A stretch of DNA of 64,000 nucleotides, taken from positions 14,690,587-14,754,586 of the forward strand of contig CM120648.1 in assembly GCA_051362555.1 (NCBI GenBank). Direction: 5' to 3'. The translations under genes were made by a program, and so were the position numbers. Of the stretch, positions 53,722-64,000 are shown in pieces (position 1 is the stretch's first letter; the number at the start of each line of letters is the position of its first letter). Under the pieces are notes generated by a model, which ran no database searches, was not told the origin of the DNA, and saw nothing but the letters and a program-made list of their open reading frames with translations. Source of the stretch: Lingula anatina (lineage: Eukaryota; Animalia; Brachiopoda).

Positions 53722-53971
53722 GGTTTGATTGACGGTTTTATAAACACACGTCAATCACAATCATACCGCAAGGGAATTTTTATTGCCCGTGATAGATAGG
53801 TGACAATCAAAGCTGTCAAATTTGACAGTTTGATTGACGGTTTTACCAACAAACGTCAATCACAATCATCCTCAGAGGAACTTTTACCTCCCGTGATTGA
53901 GAGGTGCCAATCAAAGCTATCAAAAGTGGATAGTTTGATTGGCAGTTATGTAAATAAACGTCAATCATCAT
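53722..53971. repeat. ~105-bp x2.4 tandem repeat built from hairpins
   Basis: TTTGATTGACG...CGTCAATCA three times (third copy variant) and AATCAAAGCTGTCAAATTTGACAGTTTGATT. Confidence 0.7.
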
Positions 53972-54367
53972 TACTGCTACACACTGGTGATAAAGTCTAG
54001 CAAGTTGAACAGAGTAGAGTTGAACAGAGAATACGCCGTGGAGGGCGCACTGTGACCAGAAGTATTCAGTACGAGAGGGAAAAAGAATTTATCCGGCGTT
54101 TGAGAGTTAAGTTTTCAAAGTTATACATGAGAAACTAAAGATTTGCTGCATTCAGCAATTTCTAATATTATTCTGTTTTTAATTATTGACTTTTGTGAAA
54201 CGGCAGGTGGAAAATAATTTATACACCATTTGCGACATTTATTATTTTCTTCTTCTTTTGTTAATTTTTTTTACCGGTAAATATGTTCCGTATATTCCAG
54301 TTCTACCAGATTTTTAACACCAAGTTGGTTTGTCTTCGTTAGTGTGACCTGTGTTCCGCACACCGCT

Positions 54368-54481
54368 GTGACGAGACTGGACACTGGACGCTGGACTCTG
54401 GAGAGAGTCTTTCCGGACCTGTGTCACGAGACAGGACACTGGACGCTGGACTCTGGAGAGAGTCTTTCCGGACCTGTGTCA
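54368..54481 (+). repeat. ~56-bp direct tandem duplication
   Basis: ACGAGAC.GGACACTGGACGCTGGACTCTGGAGAGAGTCTTTCCGGACCTGTGTCA twice. Confidence 0.85.
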
Positions 54482-54750
54482 GTGGCGTACACGATCACTA
54501 AGAACCTCGCCCCTGAAATTCCGGGACTTTGCTGAGAGATTGATCTTGTGAGCTGCTACAAGATTATCAGGTAAAGTACATCCCTTCGTCCTTTGCTCCA
54601 TCTACAACGACGGCCAGATCCTTCCAAAAGCGTCATTTGACAGACAGTCAATGGCTACAAGTGTACATACACTGGTAATACACTGTCGAGTGTAGCTGGC
54701 CTCAAGGCTGTATCTTTTCTGTAGCGGTCACCATGATTGACTCTTTTCAG

Positions 54751-54830
54751 ATCACACCCATATTAATATTAATCACACCCATATTAATATTAATCACACC
54801 CATATTAATATTAATCACACCCATATTAAT
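54751..54830. repeat. 21-bp minisatellite x~4
   Basis: (ATCACACCCATATTAATATTA)n; explains the spurious ITPILIL ORF. Confidence 0.9.
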
Positions 54831-57800
54831 GGCCGTATTTCACTTTCCGGTGGCGAGGCGCACGGAGTTCAGACAATGGAATGCGTTTTTGGACTTCGGT
54901 AAGTTGTCACGAAATTGACATGTAATATCAGCTATAACAACCATAATTTAATGTGTTGTACTAGTAGTTCTATTTGTTTTGTTTTTTTTTCTATTCGTAT
55001 TTCTCTTTAATTTCTTTCTTTTTGATCATTCCTTTTGATCCACTGTGTTCATTGCGTAGCCTTGCTTTTATTTTCTATGTATAACTGCGTTTCTCCTCAC
55101 TCTAAGCTGGCTTACAATGTCTTCTCCACTTCGTCATTTTGTACATTATTTTAACCTCTACCTTTCTTGTTCATTATCAATTGATGTTCTGCGTATTTTT
55201 GTCTGTGTGCGTATTAAAGTTAGATACACATAAATAAATGGTATACCGCGTTTCAGACACAATAGTTTTATTCGAGGCTACGGAGATCGTGAATCCGCCC
55301 AGACGGAATAACGGGCATAGGGAATTACGGACAGTTACACGAGCACGGCACGGACATTGCATGGCAAATGATATCTTTAATATATCTTGTATAGGCTTTA
55401 GTCTACTCACATACCGGTACCTGTATCTGTAACGTATTTTTGTACATTTTACAGGGTCCTTCCAGAAGGAGATTATTTCCCCGTGGTCACCCCTGAAAGA
55501 AATGGCACGACTGCATACAATGAACGACCTCCAAGTCGCCCGCTCTGCAACCCATCTTACTGACAACCAGTGAGCAGCCCGAGACCGAGGTAGATGTGCC
55601 AGAATGGGTCGCTCCAGTTGAGGAATTTCGGCTATACAGGGAATTAAGCGTCACACCACTTTCCAAAAGAGGAGTATTTTCAAACTACTAAAATGAGCAG
55701 TGAATTTGAATTTGAACTGAAATAGTGCATGTTCGGACAGATATCTACATGAAAGTATTAAAACAAAAAAGACAGTGTGAAAGCATTTCCTTACGTTGTC
55801 ACGAAGAGAGCTTTACCCAAAAGCGATTGAAATCACACTGAATAAATTCCCACACAGGAAACCGCTCTCTTAAAATATATATATATAGCCTAATATGATT
55901 CTAACTTTTGTCAGATTAAATATACATTTTATGATATTAAGTAAAATACGCAATCGTTAACTATTTTCTTTCAGCTTTTTTACATACCATTTTAGAAACT
56001 ATTTTCAATATCGATATTACCACGCCAAGGCAGCAAAGTCTCCATCCAGTGCCGTTTCATCCGGACGCCATTAATTTGTATATAAATTGTACAGAAAAAG
56101 TGCAACAAATACATTACCCCTAACTTTGTAGGTGCCAGTGATTGTGTTAAAAAACACTTAGTCTTGCAGTATTTTCTATACTAGCGAGTTGTTTTTCTTG
56201 TTCCTCCTAAGATATCCAGTGCGACATGTAGGCTGTGGGACAGGGACTGTTGGCAGAGGGACTGTTGAGAAAATGCTCTGTATTTACAGCAAAGGGAAGA
56301 GTTCGTACCCCTCACCCCCCCCCCCAAAAAAAAATAAATAAATAAATAAATATATAAAATTCAAAACTCCTGCGCCATTATCGCTCTGCAGTCCCACCTT
56401 GCTGAAGGACACATAACTTTGGAAATTCCGAAGGCTACCCGATTCATATCAAAACTTTTGCCCCTATTTCATGATCTATCAAGAATTGTAGAGCTGACTG
56501 AGAGTAGATAAGAATCAGTTATTAGAGATTAAAGAAAGTATCACGATTAAAGTAAGAATCATGAGGTTCATCATTAATTCCTGGCGGTTCGTGGAATTCG
56601 TAGTGGAATAGGGGTAAAGCAGGGGTAAGGGGCTTTTTATACCTGGCTTGAGGGAACATTCCTCAAAATTTCAAGAATAGTCAAAATTACATTTACAATG
56701 GTGCCATTATCATGAGTTCAAACGGTAAATAGTTAGGTTTCTTAACATAATTATAAGTGGGTCCTACAGGGTCAAGATTTCTGCATGTACCAGAAATGTG
56801 CAAAAATTCCACGATTTCTTGCGATTTCTGAAAATTAGTCATTTCCTGGCGGTTCGTGAAATTTGTAGTCGGCGTGGAATAGGGACAATAGTCGCACAGC
56901 CACTCTGTCGCCCAACGGGCATTGACAGGGTTCGAAATTCAAAGGAAATAAGGCAAAAAATAAAAAAAAAATAACAAGAGGGAAAGACAATAAATATGTT
57001 ATAAGACAAAATAAAATGAAGTTAAAATGAAACAAATAGAATAAGAATAAATATATGAATGAATGAATGAAAAAATTTGCAGTAATACGCCCGAATGTAC
57101 AAATGTATTATAATTTTGATATCAAGAATGTAACGGATAAAATAATTGATAGTGGTCATGAAACCATTTGGCATTGAATATTCTGACGACTAACTACACT
57201 TTGTCCAATATAAAAATCCAGATTTGCTCTCAGCCAGACAAATAAAGAACGTATTTTAATGCTTTGATTAGTTTCTAAAAAGAATTTAAGAAAATCAACA
57301 TGTCAGTGTACAGGGTGGATCCACGATTATTTGATTGGGGGGGGGGGGTCGACGAATGTGAAGCCGACCTTCCCCCCTCTTGGTGTGGAGTCTGAGACCC
57401 GCTGAAGGGCCCCGAAAATTTTGGTATTTTAGATTTCAAGAGGGGACCATTTCTGTTTTTTCTTTTTTCTTTGTTCATAAATCGAAGATCAGGGTCGGGA
57501 CACCCTCCTAAATCCGCCACTGATGTATATACGATAAAATATTTATTCATCCATCCAACAAATCCTTAAAACAAAACTTGATATTTTCACACACTTATGC
57601 CATTATTCATGAGCAGTATTATTCATATTATATAGAAAAGAGTTTTTTATATTACACATTACTTGTCAAAACACCTTTTTGTCAGTTAAATAGACCCGAA
57701 TTTTCGACTGACCACGGGAAAGTTTAGGTGTCGAGTTCAGAGCAGTGATATGAATGGCCTGTGCACTGCTAACATCAAACAATGCATCCAATTTTAAAAG

Positions 57801-60581
57801 AATTATTTATTTATTTTTGCATCTGATGTTTATTTCATGTCATGTCAATTTTAATTTTTGATCAACAATCTTAGTTGATCCTTGGACATAATAAGACATA
57901 TTAATCCTTTTTATGTCCAAGGTTGATTCTTAAATATACAGACATTCTCCCGGACAACACACCAGATGACATGGGACACTTTCCAAAACTTAAAAACAAT
58001 TAAAATATTTTTGAACCACCAGCAAGATCATCACCATTCAAAATCTCTAATATGAACATCACTTCCGGCCCAGTCTTATATTACTTGAGGGGACTTCATT
58101 TGCATATAAGAAAAAAATGCATTTTTCCTGATTTTGGCTTGTCTCCAATTTTTCTTTATTTTTTAAAAAGTCCCCTTTTTGCTCACTTATTGGGAAAGAT
58201 TTGATCGACACGTGATGCTTATTTTAATTAAGATTATAAAATCGTAAATAACCTTATCACCTTTTTACGTTTTCATTCTCATTATAAGCCGTTATAATAG
58301 CGCCGTAAGCTGCATGGGTATAAAAGTAGGTCAATTGCCTGTATAAAATTGCCATACGATTGTGGACCGTCTAAGGGGGGGGAGACAGAAGTGGGAGAGG
58401 TATCAAGATGTCAGCGAAATGCTTGAAGTACTCAGGGTTTCTGAAAGGCAGAGTTTGTTGCAATCTTATAAAAACAGAAATAACTAGCTCAAATTTAAAG
58501 ATTCAGAATGTCGAATTTTAAAGACATCAATGCTCTTCTTTATTCCATCTTTCTCCCCCTAAAATTCTCCCCCTTCACTGTTCATCTCCCGGGAAGCGCG
58601 AAGTATCCAGCGAGCAGCCAGGTGGCAAGCTATTCAAAAGACTATGAACTGGCAATTCATTTACTAGAGGGGGTGCCGGGTTGCAAAGGAAGTGTTGTAT
58701 TTGCTTACATCTAAAGAAGCGTTTGATGAAAAGAAGGAAAAATACTTCAATTTCTCGTTAATTTTCATCAAGTACAATGAAAGATACCGATAATTTATTC
58801 TAAAAATCGACATAATAAGTGAACGCACAAGGGTTTAACCTATTTTACCTAAAAAATTTTATATGGTATCTCCTATCCGTGACCTTTAGACCTACTTTCT
58901 AATAACACACTGCTAAACAGGCTGGCTGTAGAAGGCGCCTTGTTTAAATGAGACCGTTAGGGGGCGGCTTGGTGGGGGGTGTAATCCCCACATCAGGATT
59001 GGATATCTTCAACATACCAAGGAGTTACAACTGTTGTAACTCCTTGAACATACTAATGCATCGTTTTGAGTTCATGAACATTTTAATTCATCGATTTGAA
59101 AACGGATTCCCTATATTTAACACGGTTACTTTATATTTCAAATAATACAGCTGAATTGTGAAATTGGCTACGAGGAAGACCTTTCGGTTTGAAATTTAAA
59201 ACAACTGATCATGACACCTGAACCGTACAAAATTGATCGCGTCCAATTTTCAACAAATATGAAATTTTACAAAATCATAATTATTATTTCTTTATATAAT
59301 GTATAATTAATTTGTCGTTATTTAATTGTAATGCCAGTCTTGTTTATATGCCTATTTTTCTTGCATCGCAGGTCGTAACTAGGCATAGAACATGGAGGTC
59401 TGAAAAACTGAATATTGTGCGCAAGTAAAATTCCTGTGATTTTGCTATGTGCGCCGATGGCTAATATTATTGCATAAATTACAATAAACAATACAATCCC
59501 CATACTTCATTTCAGTAAACTACCTTTCTATGAAATTGCTTGATCCCTTATTTTTTATTAATAAGTGCGTAAAAGGAATGTAAATAGTAGTATCTGACAA
59601 TCTAAATTCGCTGCATTTTTTGCTGCCTTGCTTGCCTCTGCAATTAAGTGTGCAAGCATAAAGGTTGATAGCATATACTGTAATATTAAAGAAATAATCA
59701 AGTGGAATCTATAAGATTCGTCCTTTGAAGATAGAGAAAAATCGAATTAAATCTGTAGTTTTGTTAATAAGTTATAAATAAGTTATAAGGTTTTCATATC
59801 AAAACTTTATTAACTAGAAAAGCGCTCAGAGAGCGCAGACCTTCGCCAAGACAGCAAAGTCTCCATCCAATGCCGTTTCAGCCCTTAATTTTCGATATTT
59901 TTGATTATTAATTATTGATTGATTATTGATCCAGATCACCACCAAAAACTAATCATCTGTTCCTTGGCCCACTTCTGACAGTTCCTGAAATTTTCATCGG
60001 TCCATTACTAAGTTTTTTTATTATTGATTATTGATTGATTATTGATCCGGATCACCACCAAAAACTAATCATCTCTTCCTTGGCCCACTTCTGACAGTTC
60101 CTAAGTTATAAATAAGTTATAAGAATTTCATATCAAAGAAGTTGTTTATAAGATCATTTTAATCGAATTAAATATTATCATAAATTCTTTTCATCTCCCG
60201 AGGAAGACACACTGTACAATGGAATGGAGGCGCTCTCCGTGTGTGGTTTATGTATCTTATCAAGTTGTATGCATTGATTTGCATTGATTTGTTATATTCA
60301 CGTCTCTGTTATTTTTATTTCGGATTAGCGCTGCCTCATTTGTAATATTCACTTCGCTGTTCTAGTTGATTTATTTAAAAAGAAGAGTGCATGATGCTGG
60401 TAGCTTTATATAACCGGTGAGTTGAATAATATATAAATTATTCAACAAGAACCACGAACTTCAGTTCAGATGCTAAGTAATCAGATGCTTATTTCATTTT
60501 TAAATCTTCAGGTACAAGTTGAGCAGGAGTGCGTACAGTAGAAACCAACGAATTGGAAAAAGCTGTCCCGCAGTGTATCTA

Positions 60582-61122
60582 AGACTGGGTTCCCATGCCT
60601 AGATCGACCCAACAGGATCGGTCTAACTCCACGGGGATTCACCCTAAATTGCTATCAACTTCAGTGGCTTAAATGTCTGTTACGCCTTTCGAATCAGCTA
60701 AGGGGTAATTAACTTTCATACACGCTCGGTCTCCGGTAGTTAATTACCCCCTAACAGCTTTAGACGCCGTGACAGACATTTAAGCCGCTTAAGTCTATAG
60801 CAATTTAGTGAGAATCCCCGTGGAGACAGATGATCCGAAGTTAGTATGGGACCATTCCACAGATATTTGGATCGATCTATCCCCCTGGAGAGTCTCACAT
60901 AATTGCTATCAACTTAAACAACTTAAATGTCCGTCACGCCTAGTAAAGCTGTTGGGGGTAATTATCTTTACCCCTTGCTGATTCGGTAGGCGTGACAGAC
61001 AATATTAATTAAGCTGGTTATGTTGCTAGCTATTTAGTGAGACTCCCATGGGAGTTAGACCGATCCAGATGGATCGATCTAGGCATGGAAACCCAATCTA
61101 TGATATCTATGGGAATGGTCTC
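60582..61122. mobile_element. Composite palindromic derivative of MITE family A
   Basis: Outer TIR AGACTGGGTTCCCATGCCTAGATCGA / TCGATCTAGGCATGGAAACCCAATCT enclosing two fold-back units made of family A sequence. Confidence 0.62.
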
Positions 61123-61188
61123 TATAATCTCTCAATAAATGTACCTTTTATGAAAATAAACGGAGTTAATGGTAAATGTGCCTCCCGG

Positions 61189-63238
61189 TCAGGTACACTT
61201 GATGTTTGTTTCTGAGGTGTACAGAAGACCAAGGGCACCTTTTCCCTCTATTCTGACCCGCCTAAAATTGCCACATTTTCCTATCATTCGCAGAGCTTGG
61301 CGAAATACACGAAGTTCTTCAAAGAAATCGTGTCCTTGTTGGTTTAGAGTTGCTTTAAATTTCGACAGAAAATGGTGATACAGATAATAGTCTGCTTTGC
61401 TCCACTTTTTATGTTGTAATTGAAACGATGAGTTTGCAACTACATTTGGGTCAAACATATACGGCTTCACATTAATGGGCAAGTACAACACATATTCCAT
61501 TTTCCAGCATAAAAGACGCCTCAAGTAAATCAAACTTTCGTCAAAATACTCCGTAATGATCACAAAATCAAACTTGGAATCAAGATAATCAACATAATGT
61601 TGAATGAAAGTTTCATTATCCCTCAAATCATCTCTCTCTTCTGGAAACCCAAACTCGAACATCATGCTGTTTCTACCGAAGGCCGTCTGATCTTTAACCC
61701 GTACGTGGCGATCCCAGTGTGTTTGTGGGGCTCTGAGAAATTCATCGATTGGGACGTGGAATTTATTCCACAAGGAGAATCCGTTGTAGGCACTCTTGAA
61801 CTGAGAATAAGGTTCTCGGACAACCCCGACATAAAACGAATCTGACGGCATCATACTACTAACGACGTCGTAGTCAAATACCATATGATCGACAATCATA
61901 TCGTATGTCTTTCCGGGTTCGTAGAGGGCATCTCCCTTGGTGATCCGCCTCGGACGGAGCGGTCCTACCGGATAAAAATGGTCCGTGGCTTTCGGTTTAA
62001 GGATATTTAGATGATATTTGAACGCAGCATGTTTCATGATACGATAGCAGGTGGTGGAGAAACACTTGGAAACTTTCAGATAGACGACATGCTTTTGGGG
62101 CTTGCACGTCGTGATGTTCGTCGGCTCCTTATACCGCAGAGGAAATGGTCGAGGATTAGAGTATCTACCCCGTGTAAAGTGAGGCCACATATCTGTCGCT
62201 CTTGATAAATGGAATGTAAGTGTCTTATTTCTTGTCTGCAAGAACCGTCTGGAATATCCATCTGTAAGTTTGATAAAAACAAGTAACTCTTGAGTTTAGG
62301 CGTGGATACACGAAATGCGGGCGCGCGCGCACAAACACCTACTCACTCTTTAACGCACACAAACTCAAATAAAAGAAATGCATCAAAAATTCAGTTTTGA
62401 GTTTTTATTAAACCCCCTCAATAGTATTCATTAATTCGTTTGAGCTTATATACCCTGTTCGCCAAAATCAGACTACAATCGACTTTACAAAATTGGTTGT
62501 TTTAATATTGCCAAATATTGTTGATAATTTTGAATGGATCTATGTAAAGAAGACCGCCTAACATTAAATTTTTAAGGCAGGTAGTTATCATACCTTTTGC
62601 AATAACTAGCCCATTTTGGTGATTTTACCTGCATGGGTTACGGGTTATCCCATGAACCGATCGTTATTTGTGTCTAATTCGAATTGTTTTTCTATAGTTG
62701 AAAAACGCATCGACAGAAAGCAAGGGTACTTTAGCTCAATGACAACTCTACCTGTTATCGTTATAGTGATTTGCACAGTCACTTGCTATACTCTATAAAA
62801 AGAAAATGAAAGAAAAAAAACAAAGTTACTTGTATATTTCATGCATGGGCGTCTGCAGGGGGGTTAATGGGGCCAGTTGACCCCCCCCCCCCCTTGGAAT
62901 TTTGGCGGGCACGTTAATTGCGGGTACCTGACCAATCATTATCTCCCCCCTTCAATGACTTTGAACCCCCTGAAAAATCTTCTGCGGAAGCCCATGATTT
63001 CAGGGTATATAACCCTATCAAAACTATTGTTACTTGTCGAAAAATCCTGTTAGTCTTAAGATGCAGGCTGACATATGAAAACAGAAAGAGAATAAAAAAA
63101 TCTTGTTGGCGGTAAGTTAAAACACGTCTTACCTTGAGGGTTTACCCTAAGGTTGTAACTGCGTAATCGTAGGCTTATGAGGCAGAACCCCATCAATGCA
63201 AAAGTTGACAACAAAAAATAACAGGTTGAGCCACGCAT
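61189..63238 (-). CDS. Galactose-3-O-sulfotransferase (Gal3ST)-like protein, ~392 aa
   Basis: Exon 63238-63133 (MRGSTCYFLLSTFALMGFCLISL, signal-anchor; phase-1 GTAAGA donor) joins exon 62261-61189. Motifs HVVYLKVSKCFSTT, VREPYSQFKSAY, RNSMMFEFG and FDFVIITEYFDESLIYLRRLLCW are typical of the Gal3ST family. Confidence 0.87.
62844..62996. mobile_element. hAT-type MITE in the Gal3ST-like intron
   Basis: TIR CATGGGCGTCTGCAG / CTGCGGAAGCCCATG with an 8-bp TSD ATTTCATG / ATTTCAGG (7/8). Confidence 0.65.
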
Positions 63239-63454
63239 TGTATCCGATATCAAACTTAATATATAACAGTTTTCTTTAAACATATATTTACGCAGGCCTG
63301 TTTGTGGTTATGATGCCAAGCTGTTAATCTATTTATGTGAATTTTATATCATGGACTCATTAATTTCCAATGAAATTATCGTTCTACGTGGATCGATCTC
63401 AGGCCTAAACAACTATGTCCAGGAATTTGGTGAAAAATTGTGCATTTTTTTACC

Positions 63455-64000
63455 TACAAGCATGAAATTTGGCACACTTATGGACAATGAAATTCTAAGT
63501 AAATTTGGATATATATGGGCATGTCTGAAAATTCCAAAATGGCCGTCAAATCAAAGATGGCCACCAAAATACCTTTTCAAATTAAAACTTCAAGTACATA
63601 GTCTTCTAATGACTTAAAATATCATATAAAGGTTAGAAAACACCATGGTATGAATCCTTCAGGTGTATAAAATCCAAAATGGCCACCAAAAGTAAAAAAG
63701 CAGACCACTTATTCAAGATATCCATTAGGATGGTGAATTCATCATGCACTTAAAGCTACAAGCATAAAATTTGGCACATTTGTGGACAATGAAATCCTGA
63801 GCAAGTTTGGATGTATTGGCGTGTCCGAAAATTCAAAAATGGCCGCCAATCCAAGGTGGCCTCCAAAAATACGGCTTCTCATTAAAACTTCAAGTATATA
63901 GTCTTTTAAGGGCTTAAATATCATATAAAGTTTAAAAAACACCACAGTATTAATGCAGTATCAATATCTGCTTCTTTATGTGTATTAAATCCAAAATGGC
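63455..64000. repeat. ~300-bp tandem repeat running off the window edge
   Basis: TACAAGCAT.AAATTTGGCACA...CAAAATGGCCG at ~63455 and ~63757. Confidence 0.65.

Noticed and set aside
54050-54570. TGTGAC...GTCA followed by TGGCGTA (LTR plus primer-binding site?)
   Set aside because: No second LTR, no gag/pol remnant recognised, and only a short PBS-like match.
48000-61100. Search for ureD, ureF or nickel/urea transporter exons
   Set aside because: No recognisable motifs; exon-like GC-richer patches near 55250-55650 have stops or no identifiable homology. Small divergent exons could have been missed by eye.

Overview
AT-rich, intron- and microsatellite-rich genomic DNA from an invertebrate animal (taxon not determinable from the sequence). 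Five spliced genes were reconstructed by hand with consistent exon phases: (1) a 5'-truncated class C GPCR (mGluR family, resembling insect mXR/mangetout), + strand 4361-11977; (2) an HNK-1ST/CHST8-14-type carbohydrate sulfotransferase, + 15464-17071; (3) an intact 21-exon single-chain (gamma-beta-alpha fused) nickel urease, - 39004-24893; (4) a 7-exon His-rich urease accessory GTPase UreG, + 39510-47977; (5) a galactose-3-O-sulfotransferase-like gene, - 63238-61189. The main highlight is that urease and UreG lie head-to-head with only 505 bp between their start codons, an apparent co-regulated nickel-enzyme module in an animal. Urease exon ends have been tandemly duplicated at four places, so one intron has six copies of its donor and four of its acceptor. 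The rest is MITEs, Helentron-associated repeat arrays, LINE and LTR remnants, tRNA-like units and a probable D8C-domain pseudogene. Family assignments rest on motifs recalled from memory; no database search was run.
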